62,187 nucleotides of DNA, filler included, from Chiloscyllium plagiosum (GCF_004010195.1; 4 parts of one record of this genome joined end to end with filler, not necessarily neighbours in it), one strand, 5' to 3'; positions 40,677 to 53,311 are shown, counted from the first letter of the whole stretch. Translations and numbers: made by a program. Notes: generated from the sequence alone by a model not told the origin.

Positions 40677-41070
40677 ATTTACCAAATATTGTTGAATTTG
40701 TACAGAATTATGTTGGTAGTGAATTAAAATGGTCAGTTGCAATGCTGTTGTGTGTACTGGATGCTGAAAAGTTTTTTAAATGGGGTCCTGTTCTTTTCTA
40801 ACAGATCAAATATATATGTGCACTGTGCCTGTTTCAACTCACCAAAATAGGTGATGGCCATTCGCTGGCTCATTTTCAGGATAATATCATGACCAACTTG
40901 TGTGACTTCAAGTTGAGACACAACTTGGCAGTGAATTGTTAATAATCAGTTATTAAGTGTATTCTTCATGGCAACACTTCTATCAATTAGAGTTTACTAG
41001 CCAACCAATCAGCACTGTCTTCTCATATGGTTTAAATATTGTTTTGCATTTATATTGGCATTCTTAGGAA

Positions 41071-41106
41071 TTGTCCTGATGAGTACAAGATGAAAAGCTT
41101 TGGCAA
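41071..41106 (+). ncRNA. Second-type minimal hammerhead ribozyme motif in a probable PLE terminus (about 40935-41125)
   Basis: TTGTC-CTGATGA-GT(ACAAG)AT-GAAA-AGCT-TT-GGCAA: helix I ttgtc/ggcaa and a palindromic AGCT loop. Confidence 0.55.
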
Positions 41107-44100
41107 ATTGTGTTTTTTCAGCAATGCTAGTGTTTTTTTCCACTAACCACTTGTTTGCACTGGCTGTTGTTAAGAGAGTCTTCAAAGTGAAATGAACCAG
41201 AATTAGCTACACAAAAACCTACAGTGACGCTGGTGCAGTAGCAAGGGGTCCTTGCACTGTTAGAGGCATCACCTTTCTGAAGGTTTGTTAAGCCAAGGCT
41301 TCAGCTGCCTGATCAGAACAAAGGGAGCTATCCCCTGTATTCAAATCAATACTTTTCATTCAGTCAACATCTCCAAAAGTAGATTTTCTTCTCATTTATT
41401 ACATTGCTTTTATGGGAGCTTTCTGAGCTGTTGTGTTTCCTACCTACGCTACCAAAAAAAGCACTTAATTCATGGTGAAGTATTTTGGGAATTTCAGTAA
41501 TGTCAGTGAAGAAACACAAGAAATCAGTGCAGGTTAAGCCAGGACTAGATAAATCTAAGTCGTCTTTTGAAAAACTGCAATTTTACTCCATGCATTCTAG
41601 TCAAGGTGGACATAAAGATTCAATTCTTTTTGAAGTTAATTCAAAACAATGCCTTTTAGTTGTTGGAATTTAACCACCCCCCTGCTATTTACCTGAAGCT
41701 TGTATCCCTTTGGTTTGTAAATAAAGTTGCCTTGCTGTTAAATTGGCAGTAAGATCTCGGCAAGCTTTTTGATTAATTCTGTTGGAGTTTTATGGTGTTA
41801 TTATAAATATACTGGATTGTAAACAATCATGCTGAAACTGTTCATTTACCTCTGAGACAAAAGGGAGTTGGGGATCAAAGACAGCTAATTAGCATTTCCA
41901 TGTGGTAACAGGATTAATGTTTATCTCTGTCATGGAGAGGAGGGTAGATGAAGACATTTTTAGGTTAGATTGTACACCTCCCTATAGATCAGTGAATATC
42001 GCAAGCAGACAATACAGAGATCCTGTGTTGTCAGCAAAGTGGAAAGACTGCTTAAACTTTGAACTGTTGTAGGATGGGATGAGTGTAGGATGGAGATCAT
42101 ATCTAGGCTGCAGCCTTCTGTGGATCCCAGGAGTTAAGTTCTGGCCTAGCCAGTGAGAAGAAGAATAATCAGAACAAGCAATCCTGCCAGATTTAAGAAA
42201 CTCTGGAAACCGAGGTAAACCCCTGGAGACATTCAGTTAAGAGTTTACTCCTTCGTTAAAGAACCCATTGGAAGCTTGAGACAACTATGGACTTTGTGTT
42301 ATGAGTGCAATATGTGATAAACATCAAAAGAGAATGTGTCATTTAAAGTATAAGCTGCTTGTGTGTTTAAAAAAAAGGGAAACATTATTTATTTGTTACG
42401 TAAAAGAACTGGTGCTGCTATGATGGGTCAAATGGTCTGCATTTGAGCCATAACAATTCTGTGATTGTGTAATGAGTAATTTGTCACCCTTTTTAAACTA
42501 TTAATTGAATATCTTTTTAAATGTTATTGGTCCTTATGGAGGTTGTAACAGCGAGAGTCACCACTGTGTGTAAAGTTTAGCCTGGCAGGTTCAGGAGCTG
42601 TATGCTGACATAGCAGCCTCTACTGCATTCGCTGAGGAAGCAGACAATAGGTTGAGGAGATGTACAATTCACTCACCTCTGCTTTCTCTGTGCCCTCCTC
42701 ACAAACCTGAGATTTTTGTTTCTTCCCTCATTTTTCAATGGTCTTCCAACACCTAGCCTTCAGAGGGGGGATGGCTGTCAGCAATTTGTCTCCTAGGTGG
42801 CAGTGTTACTGCTTGCCATCTGTCTCAGGTGTTCTTTGCCCAGGAGGGGAGTAGTGACCAGTTCACTACTCAGAAGATCTATAGACATTAGTCCTTCATC
42901 CAAGTGATAAACATGGCTGCAGCTTTTACGCTATGTGTTTATTTCTGCATCAAGTGACAGATTGCTTGTGATTAAGGAGCCCAGGTATGTGAAGCTATCA
43001 ACAATCTCTATCATCACATTGTCAATGCTGATAAATGATGTAATGGTAATATCTTGGATTATGACATCTGCTGATAAATAAGGGTTAAAATGCAAGTATT
43101 TCTACTTCAGTTTAAAGATATCTAATTTTTTTCAGTTTGCTTATTTACATAGCATTAACAAAGTAGCACTGCATATTATAGCTTTGTGCTAAATACTGCT
43201 GTATAATGTAATCATAGATATACTTCGTTCTGACTAATAGTTGTATAAGGTAAAGACCAATTTATCTTCATGTGTTCATGCCAGTATTTCAATTTAGAGT
43301 TCTTATGCAATCTGGTTAATTTCTTCCAGTGTATTCTAACTGTGCCCATACTGTAGTATTATTCTCAGCCTCCATGATATTATTACAAAGTTGCTGTAGG
43401 GTTTTGGAGCCCTTATACAACACTAATAGTGTCTTGAGTAAATTTCAGACATTGTATCGTGTGAAACACGAAATGAATGTCATCAGTTTTGCTTCACACA
43501 GCCACCACACCTTAGAGCCAGGCCCTGTGCCTCACTATACGCACATATGCCGTCTCTCCCTGCTCTCCATCAGTCACCCTCAGCAGGTACAGGATCCAAC
43601 CCCCCTTCCCATTTTGCAGACCAAAAATAATTATATTGGATCCTCCTGTGGAAATGATCTGTGTAATTATTGGTTGATGCAGGAAGAGTGTTTTGATTTG
43701 GTTGGATATTGACGGACTGCACTCTCCAATCCTTGAGCTTGACACAGTAGAGAATCTTTTCAGATATCACAGCTAAAATAAGGATAAGCAAGCAGGCAGA
43801 ACAGTGCTGAAGGGTAGGTTATAACTGTGTGTTTAAACCAGTTAGATTTGTAACAGTTCTAAGGCCCAGTTCCACTCAGACATAGATTGCTGCAATGTAA
43901 TCCTATGAAAAAGCTTTTGAAGTACATTACTGACCTGAGCTCAAGACTGACAGAGGTTTGATCTTTTACTGACTCAAACTGAGAGATCTGCTGTTATTTA
44001 ATGTTCTGGGCAACCTCAAGATGCCTCAGTTCAGACCCTTCAAGCTCGGAGTTTGGGTCTTTCACACTGCACGCCTCCTCAGGTCATTCAGAGTTGCTAG

Positions 44101-44653
44101 CCCCTCTGTGGGTCACTGTGTACCTCTCTTGGGTACTCGCTGACCACCGCAACCAGGCAGGACATTCGGCAGCTTTGTCCCAATCACAGCTTTCTTCTCT
44201 CCCACCCTTATTGCTCCTCTAGTCACAGATCCTGTATCTTAAGGAACAGTCGAAATGGGAGGGATGGATCCTGTGATTGGAGCAGCAGAAGAGAAAAAGG
44301 GCTAACTCTTGTGATATAATTCAGCATATGCCAATTCTAACATTCCAGAAATATTTCTTCTCTTATCGACCCAAACATGTCCCATTAGCTGTCCCTATGG
44401 TGATGCTCATGTCCGATGCGAGCCTGATACCTCTCACTATAAGTGAAGATTGCAATTTGATTATTTGACCTTTTTTTTGTCTGTTATAACTTAGGAAGCC
44501 ATTCTACTTCCACACAAGGCAAAGCAAGTCTGCTGAAACTGGTAGCCATGTTTTTATTAACTCCAAACCACCAATCAGCTGCTATTTTGGCAGGGCCTTC
44601 CTATATTAGGGACTTCAAATATTCTGCTGCCTGTATTCAACTTACATAAAACT

Positions 44654-45807
44654 GTCAAAGTGTGGTATTGGAAAAGCCTAGCTGGTCAGGCAGTATCAGA
44701 AGAGCAGGTAAAAACAATGACTGCAGATGCATAGCTGGGGCCCATACATGTGCCCATGGCTACCCCTTTGGTCTGGAGGAAGTGGGAGGATTCAAAGGAG
44801 AAATTGTTAAGGGTGAGGACCAGTTTGGCCAAACAAATGAGAGTGTCGGTAGAAGGGTACTGTTGGGGATGTCGGGAGAGGAAAAAAACGGAGGGCTTGG
44901 GAGGCCCTGGTCATGGCGGATGAAAGATGCCCTCCAACGCATCTCGTCCACATCCCGCACCTCTGCCCTCAGACCCCACCCCTCCAACCGTAACAAGGAC
45001 AGAATGCCCCTGGTGCTCACCTTCCACCCTACCAANNNNNNNNNNNNNNNNNNNNNNNNNNNNNNNNNNNNNNNNNNNNNNNNNNNNNNNNNNNNNNNNN
45101 NNNNNNNNNNNNNNNNNNNNNNNNNNNNNNNNNNNNNNNNNNNNNNNNNNNNNNNNNNNNNNNNNNNNNNNNNNNNNNNNNNNNNNNNNNNNNNNNNNNN
45201 NNNNNNNNNNNNNNNNNNNNNNNNNNNNNNNNNNNNNNNNNNNNNNNNNNNNNNNNNNNNNNNNNNNNNNNNNNNNNNNNNNNNNNNNNNNNNNNNNNNN
45301 NNNNNNNNNNNNNNNNNNNNNNNNNNNNNNNNNNNNNNNNNNNNNNNNNNNNNNNNNNNNNNNNNNNNNNNNNNNNNNNNNNNNNNNNNNNNNNNNNNNN
45401 NNNNNNNNNNNNNNNNNNNNNNNNNNNNNNNNNNNNNNNNNNNNNNNNNNNNNNNNNNNNNNNNNNNNNNNNNNNNNNNNNNNNNNNNTACTCTATGCTA
45501 CTTTCTCCCCACCCCCACCCTCCTCTAGCTTATCTCTCCACGCTTCAGGCTCTCTGCCTTTATTCCTGCTGAAGGGCCTTTGCCCGAAACGTCGATTTTT
45601 GCTGCTGCTCGGATGCTGCCTGAACTGCTGTACTCTTCCAGCACCACTAATCCAGTATCAGAAGAGCAGGAGAGTCAACGTTTCGAGCATAAACTCTTCA
45701 TCAAGAATGTTGAGCTTATGCTCAAAATGTCAAATCTCCTGCTGCTTGGATGCTGCCTGACTGGCTATGCTTTTCCAGCACCACACATTTTGACTCTAAT
45801 CCCCAGC
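44654..45807. mobile_element. Older fold-back PLE element interrupted by a younger, internally inverted PLE (44709-45652)
   Basis: 18-bp TSD cagtatcagaagagcagg at 44691-44708 and 45653-45670; the inner copy has an antisense RT piece, then sense sequence and a pLTR; gap 45036-45488. Confidence 0.85.
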
Positions 45808-46194
45808 TTTCTCCTCCCTGCATAAAACTATGTTCACACATGACATTTAAACCTTCCTGAACTACACAAGGGGAATCAGAAGCAAACACTGTTAATTTAG
45901 TGGTCATTGTTGTGTTTAAGCCCAGTCATGCCTTGGTTTCTTTATTATCTTTAGCCTTTGTCTGGTGTCTCAGTTCTTCGTGTGACCTCTTGTGCACCCT
46001 GTTCTTTCATTTTGGTTCATTATAGGCTCTGTGCATCTAAATTATCTCTCTTTGTGCTGTAGGATATTTTTTAAGGTTATGGGTGTTATTATAAACACAT
46101 GTTGCTATTTTAAAATACTGCATCTTCACAGAAAGTGGAAATAATCAATTCCATGAACTTCTCTTCAGTCTCGGGTAAACTATAAGCATTTTCA

Positions 46195-46520
46195 GATGGC
46201 CCAGTGGTGTTAGTGGTGTTAATCCAGAGACCCAGATAGCATTCTAGGAACCTGGGTTTGAATTCTGCCACAGATAGACTTTGAATTCAATAAAATATCT
46301 AGAATTAAGAATCTAGTGATGACCATTCATCTATTGTCAATTGTTGAAAAAATCCATCTGATTCACTACTGTCCTTTAGGGAAGGATTCTGCCATCCTTA
46401 CCTGGTTTGGCCTACATGTGAATCCAGATTCACAATGATGCCCTCTGGGCAATTAGGGATGGGCAATAAATGCTGGACTTGCCAGCGACGCCCTCATCCT
46501 GTGAATGAATAAACAAAAAT
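46195..46520 (+). mobile_element. tRNA-derived SINE, second family, with LINE-shared tail
   Basis: B-box gggtttgaattc; 3' tail gggcaattagggatgggcaataaatgctgg..gccagcgacgccc..gaatgaataaa. Partial copies at about 48715-48905 and 50910-51190. Confidence 0.8.
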
Positions 46521-47819
46521 TTTGCAACCAATGTATTCTAAGTGCATCTTTGCCTTTGATTCTGTTGTTAGTGTGATGAGCAGAACATTGTGTATTACAT
46601 GTCCATTGCTCAAGGTAAAAAATATGTTTTTCTAATTTTTCATCTTCCTTGCTCTAATTAACATTGTGGTATTGCCCTTTAGAGTTTGCAGTCAGTTTAC
46701 TCCGTTGATCTTATCTCTATCTCATTATGTTAAAGACCTTGACCGTCTTCTGTAAAAAGCAGTTTGCCTCTATTGTTCTGTTTGCACGATAGCACCAAGT
46801 CCAAGAATCAGTCCTTGAAGTACCTGAGTTTATTTTCTATTGCTACTATTTTTAGATTTATAACCTCTACTGAAGCCTTCATAATGCTTCAAGTTATCTT
46901 TATCCATGGCCTGAAAATAACCCTTCATGTGCTTAATTTTTTCCTCTCCTTTATTAAAACCTTGCTTGAAGTTCATAACTTTTAAATTTTGTCCATGCAA
47001 ACATGTTTTCTCGTAATCAATATTTATTTAATAATCCCTTCATTCGATTCTTTTTAGATCTTAATGCATTTTGTTCCTCAAACTACATTATCAGCATATT
47101 TTGTATGTATGTAATGATCTCCTACAAAAGTAAATGGACCTGACGAATGGGGAAAGTGTTTGGAAAGTTGTTTTCAAGGACATTAGAGTTAATTCAACAT
47201 GCTTTGTTTGCTGTTTTCTTCTCCGTTAACTGAATTTGTTTTTTTAAGTTGATGCAGATTGAATGCCATCACGGGATCTAGCCATTTTATATCAGTATTA
47301 AATAAGAATTCTTGTGTATAAACGTCTTGCCTCTGCTATTTGCTGAATGGGGCCAAAGAGTAGCAACTTTAATTCTAGCTGCAGTGACACATCAAGGGGG
47401 ACTTTTGTCTGGCTACCACGCCTGTGGCCCATGATGGAGCACTTACCAAGAAGGACTGTAAAGATGGACACTTCCTTTATTTCTTTATTCTTCTGCCTTT
47501 TATATTCTATGTTTTTTTTTGAGTTTTAAGATGGCTTTGGAGTGTAACGACACTATGGAAGAGTTTTCACTGTATCTTGTAACAAGATACATGTGACAAC
47601 TAAGGAAATACCTTGGTGGTGGGAAATAGCCTTATCTTTCCATGTTGGGTTAATAAATGTTGCTGTTTACATCCTCAACCTTCACCTTTGAGTTCACAGA
47701 GGGTGTGCTGATTACTATATCACTGGGCATTGACTTGATACCAGACACACTTTGCACAGTGGCATTTCTAATATTGAAAGAGTCTGATTTCTGGCATCTT
47801 AGTCAATGAAATGGAATTA

Positions 47820-48189
47820 GTCAATAGACAATAGGTGCAGGAGTAGGCCATTCAGCCTGCACCGCCATTCAATATAATCATGGCTGATCATTCCTAATCA
47901 GTATCCTGTTCCTGCCTTATCTCCATAACCCTTGATTCCACTATCTTTGAGAGCTCTATCCAACTCCTTCTTAAAAGAATCCAGAGAGTGGGCCTCCACT
48001 GCCCCCTGGGGCAGAGCATTCCACACAGCCAACACTCTCTGGGTGAAGAAGTTTCTCCTAAGCTCTGTCCTAAGTGGTCTACCCCGTATTTTTAAGCTGT
48101 GTCCTCTGGATCGGCACTCACCCATCAGTGGAAATATGTTTCCTACTGCCAGAGTGTCCAATCCTTTCATAATCTTACATGTCTCAATC
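47820..48189 (-). mobile_element. Young CR1 LINE 3' end running into a gap (same family as 19419-19894)
   Basis: ORF 47898-48170 is nearly the same peptide as 19515-19886. Confidence 0.92.
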
Positions 48190-48289
48190 NNNNNNNNNNN
48201 NNNNNNNNNNNNNNNNNNNNNNNNNNNNNNNNNTTAATTAATTAANNNNNNNNNNNNNNNNNNNNNNNNNNNNNNNNNNNNNNNNNNNN

Positions 48290-48500
48290 ACTGACCTATT
48301 GTACTCTATGCTACTCTCTCCCCATCCCCACCCTCCTCTAGCTTATCTCTCCACGCTTCAGGCTCTCTGCCTTTAGTCCTGATGAAGGGCTTTTGCCCGA
48401 AACGTCGATTTTGCCTGTCCTCGGATGCTGCCTGAACTGCTGTGCTCTTCCAGCACCACTAATCCAGAATCTGGTTTCCAGCATCTGCAGTCATTGGTAG
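48290..48500 (+). mobile_element. Penelope-like pLTR fragment
   Basis: Closely matches 26350-26560. Confidence 0.88.
48375..48410 (+). ncRNA. Minimal type-I hammerhead ribozyme motif (best-paired copy)
   Basis: AGTC-CTGATGA-A-GGGC(TTTT)GCCC-GAAA-CG-TC-GATT: helix I agtc/gatt, 4-bp helix II, palindromic ACGT at helix III. Confidence 0.68.
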
Positions 48501-49690
48501 TACACACCTGTGGTAAAAACAAAGTACTATTTGCATACCTAAGAACTAGATTATTATACACTCAAAGAACAATCTTTATGAATACTGACTGGTTATCTAC
48601 ATTTTAGAGATAGATGTCATGAGTATCTCCTAAGAAATACCAGGCAAACATAAGTTACATGACTGTTAACTATCGAGGTTAGGCTAACAGATTATCTTGC
48701 TACACCGAGACACCTTTTCTTTCGAGAAAGAAATCTGCATTCCTTACCTGGTCTGGCCTACATGTGACTCCAGACCCTCAGCAATGTGTTTGACTCTTAA
48801 TTGCTCTCTAAAATGGCCAAGAGAACCAATTCGCTCAAGGGCATCTGGAGATGAACAACCAATGCCAACCTTTCCAGCAATTCCCTCATGCCACACAATT
48901 AAAAAAATTACTGATGAGTGCAGCTATGTTATATCCTAGTTATCCTTTTCAGGGCCAATAACTTTCACAACTGCTTCCAAAATGTACACTATAAACTTAA
49001 TTGATGTAATTTTCTTAATGTGCTCCAGGGGTATTTATGTTACAAAGAACTTAACATTGAAACATGAGCACTCACTGTGAGATCTTGTAAACTACGCGTA
49101 AACAGAAATCTCTCAGTATGAGCTGAAGTGGTTACTAAAATGAAGAACAATGGAACACTGAACCAAACTGCTTTAACCATAATTGCTTTCACTTTGTTAG
49201 TGCATTACAAAATCATCACCACCCTCCGATAAATTAGTGTATTCCTAACAGGAGTACATGACGGGGACTGCAATACTTCAAAAGCTGACAACTCAACGTT
49301 ATCATTTCAGTCAGGTAGGTAGGTGTCATTAGATAATGCTGTACACAGTCATTTTCTATTCCTCACAGTACCTACAATAAACAAAAAAAGGTTAAATTTC
49401 TAAATTGCACAACTGAGGAATGCACACTGAAAAAAATGCAGCCTGACAGTCATAATTCTAGCAGAAAATTGGTTATTACTCAAATGACTGAACATAGTGA
49501 AACAAAGCACTTTACAATTGTGTAATGAAATTCATCATTTTGTGATCATTTTGGTTACCGATGAAATCTGATTTCCAAGATAATTCATGGTCATTGTCCT
49601 AAAATATTTGAGATTCAAGTCACAAAATACAAAGCCAATAAAACAATTAGAACATAAGATGATCCATCAGTAGAATCCTGCTGCACTCAC

Positions 49691-49788
49691 CTTGCATTCC
49701 TGAAGTTGAGAGCATTGATGATCTGTTGCTGTGAAATAAGAGCTGGAGAGAAGGGGGGACGACCCACATTAGGAGAATTAGGGAACAT
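49691..49788 (-). CDS. tent2: First coding exon of poly(A) RNA polymerase GLD-2/PAPD4 (exon 49691-49825; 37 nt 5'UTR + 98 nt CDS, phase-2 end)
   Basis: Minus strand: acceptor ttttgtatattttttctag|G at 49826, ATG at 49788, peptide MFPNSPNVGRPPFSPALISQQQIINALNFRNA, donor AG|gtgagt at 49690. The peptide resembles the vertebrate TENT2 N-terminus as recalled (MFPNSILGRPPFTP...SHQQLIDAQFNFQNA). No other tent2 exon was recognised. Confidence 0.88.
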
Positions 49789-50682
49789 GCTCTCCTTCAC
49801 TTGAAGTGAACATTTAATCCTTCACCTAGAAAAAATATACAAAATGAAAACATTTGTACATGCCAGTCACATAAATCTATGCCTTAGACAACTTTGCTGA
49901 AACAACTAAAGTGTTAATCAAATATAAATGAATTTGAGAACAGGGGAGAGATGGAGAGAAAAATAAAAACACGAGATGAAGCTTTTAAGGTTTGTGAAAT
50001 GGGACAGAGATTCCAATGCAGATGGTTAATTAAGAATTCAGCAAAGCACAAATAAAAGTTCACCAATAACAACCAAACTTAATAAGTAAGAACCTAGGGG
50101 CAATTTACTATCTAATTAATTAAAAATACAAGTGAAATAGAGCTGAAGCTTGGAACTCTGAACAAACAGAACTTTTGTGAGAAACTGAGATTAGAATTGT
50201 GTGTTGGAACTTGAGAGAATCCTCAGTGGCCTGGATGACAGGGAGGTCAAGAGTATTTGAGAATCAAGTCCTCAAGTTGATGAAAGACTTCAACAGCAGG
50301 GAGAAAAGGTAGTACATAGGAATGGGAGATTGCAATGATCTCGATGACAGACCAGTTTATGTGACTGAAACTTAAATTAGTCAAACGCAGTAGTTACATG
50401 CCACCTGAGCTTGAGTTGCAGCCAGAAGTGTGTCAGTGCTGTCAAGTGTCAAACAAGGTAGCTTCACTTCTGCAATTTGGGGAATTTGACTTGAGATTAA
50501 TATCTGTAACTTCCTGATGATATGAAATAAGAAATCAAGAGAAAGCAGCATGAAAAGTAAATGCTGTGGAGAATGGAATGGCCAATATTATCCACTTAAG
50601 TAGAGATTTAGGAGGAACAAAACATTGCAACTAATAGGAAAGGTAGCAAAGTTATTTATAATGCTAGACCAGTTATTCAGAG

Positions 50683-50893
50683 TCTAGATTAGAGTGGTGC
50701 TGGAAAAGCACAGCAGTTCAGGCAGCATCCGAGGAGCAGGAAAAATCGAGGTTTCGGGCAAAAGCCCTTCAGAAGGGCTTTTGCCCGAAACGTCGATTTT
50801 CCTGCTCCTCGGATGCTGTCTGAACTGCTGTGCTTTTCCAGCACCACTCTAATCTAGACTCTGGTTTCCAGCATCTGCAGTCATCGTTTTTAC
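50683..50893. mobile_element. Fold-back PLE-terminus insertion, perfect 14-bp TSD
   Basis: TSD ccagttattcagag at 50669-50682 and 50894-50907; near-perfect ~90-bp arms around gcccttc-a-gaagggc. Confidence 0.92.
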
Positions 50894-52154
50894 CCAGTTA
50901 TTCAGAGGACTAGACTAATGTTTTGGAGATGTGAGCTCAAATTCTTCCAAGTCAATGGAGAATTAAGTTGTTAATTAAATATATCTGAACAAATCCCATG
51001 CATTTGGAATTGCTCTTAAAAACAGAATTGATTCACAACTGCCCTTCAAGAAAGAAATCTGATGTATTTACCCCCATCTGGTCCAAATCTGACTCCATGC
51101 CCCACAACAATGTGATGACGCTTTACTGCTCTGTATTCATTAGGTGGTTGACCATCATGTATTCAAGGGCAATAAATGTATCCATGTAAACACACCAAGT
51201 GTGGTGGATAGGATTGGTAAGCATAAATAGCTTTCTCAAATATACAGAAAATAATAGAAATTTTGTAAACTGTGGCAAGAACTGGGTGCTTAATATTCAC
51301 AGATACCAAGTGCTTAGAAAAAAATAGGGATTCAAGAAAAAGCGCGTGACTGAAAGCATTTATTTCAGAAGTAATTTCAATACAGGAAAGAGGACATTCT
51401 TTACAGCCACGGGCAAGAATCTATTTGGTTCGAGCTGAAAAGTATAGGGACTATGCTCATACCACAGGGAGTGGTACATCAAGATAATCATCTTAATAAT
51501 TATCAACTAATCACCTTAAACATATGAAATGAGAAAGAAATTGTTTGGCTCCAAGAATTTGTATTTTCTAATAAAATAGTAGACACACTGGTTCCTCTTA
51601 GTCTACCCAAATAGTTACATCCTCAAAAATCTCTAAAGAACCTGACAAATAAGACTTCTCTTTATACTGACTTCAAGTCATACAACACTTTTCTAAATGC
51701 AAGTCAGACTGCTCTAATAATAGGTGCGAGCATTTCCCCAATGACTGACATCAGGCTAACCAGCATATAGTTCTCCATTTCCCTCTCTCTTAAAAAGCGA
51801 TATTACCTTTGCCAATTTCCAATTTGATGGGATTGTTTGAGTCAAATGAATTTGGGAAAATCATTGCTGGCACATCCATTACCTCTGTAGCTCTCTTTTC
51901 TAACCATAGGATAAACGTAGAAATTTGGACCCCTAATGAACAGAATAGACTTGTAATGGTATTGTTCTATGGAGTGTGTAGAGGCAGTAATGTCACAGTT
52001 CATGTGCATACACTTTTGGAAGTGTCAAAGCATCCTCAGGGTGGGGTGGGGGGGTGGGGGGGGGGTGGGGGGGATTTCTGGAGAAATTTAGCAGGTCTGG
52101 CAGCATCTGTGGAGAGAAAGCACAAATAACATTTTGAGTCCAATGACTCTTGAT

Positions 52155-52735
52155 CCTCTGGGTTCCTGGACTTTGTAAATAAAGGAATGGATATCTAAAA
52201 GCATTGTAAGATATGCTAAACCTTTATAAAATAATGCTTAGGCCACAGTTCTAGTCATTGCACTTTCAGAGAATGTTCTTGAAAGGATGCACCGGAGATG
52301 TATAAATCTGTTTCTAAGGATGAGGGATTTTTCTACAAGATTAGATTGGAGAAGCTTGGTTCTTCACATTGTATCAAAACTCCTTTCAACCCCCTCTGTT
52401 ACAATGTATCAAATGATGACAGATTTTGATACAGCAGACGAGGAAAAGCTATTCTCATGAGCTAATGCCAGAGACTGACTGGACATGAGTTTAAAGCTTT
52501 GGACAAGAAATACTTAGTGGATATGTGAAAGAATCTTTTAACGCAGTGAGAAGTAATTGCCAGGAATGTATGGACAAGAGTGCTTAAAATGGAAAAATGA
52601 TTTCAAAAGGAATTGGATAGAGACAAAGGAAGTAAACTTTCTGAGTTACTACAGTAATGGGACTGACTCGCTGCTGTAAACAGCTGGCATGCTACGATGG
52701 GTCAAATGGCTGCTTTTTGCATGATTATGATTCAC
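52155..52735 (+). mobile_element. Old CR1 LINE 3' remnant
   Basis: Degenerate gctaaacctttataaa..ttaggccacagt, agattggagaagcttgg, gatgggtcaaatggctgc 3' motifs. Confidence 0.65.
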
Positions 52736-53311
52736 TAAACCTTGCTAGTGACTCTGATACACCATGAAGAAAAATAAACATTGCCACCTCAGATCTATTT
52801 TTCATAACATCCCTTGCGAAATGCTGATCGTAAAAATAGCACCAATGGCAAACATGTCATAATTTGGGGACTGATATAGAATAAATATTCCCCGGTTGCT
52901 CATTCATTAATTTGACATTAATCTGAAAAACAATAATGTCAGCACTGCAGCTGCAACTAAGTGCACGGAGTTAGACCTGACATTTATTGCTCAACTAACC
53001 ACAGTAAGGTGGTGCCCGTGGGCACAGATAGGCCGACGTCTTGATGCGCTGATAGCAGTTTGATAGAACTCACTGGCTTGCTGGGACCAGAATCATATGC
53101 CAATCAGACTGGCTAAGGACAACTGGTAAAGGACAATAGTGCACAACCACCACACTACTTCCACACCAGAATACTAGTAACATTTGACAATCAGCAATAA
53201 GTTGAATGAATGCTTCAGTTCAGCAAAAAGCTAAAACATTCATATACAAGAGAGCAGAATCAAAAACAGTAAATGCTTGAAACACTTAAAAGATCAAGCA
53301 GTATCTGTAAG

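Noticed and set aside
43329..43712. 127-aa plus-strand ORF with possible splice sites near 43501
   Set aside because: No recognisable homology; the similarity to TENT2 is not credible.
49270..49372. Strong minus-strand acceptor (tttttttgtttattgtag|G) as tent2 exon 3
   Set aside because: Stops in all three frames within about 25 nt and no TENT2 similarity.
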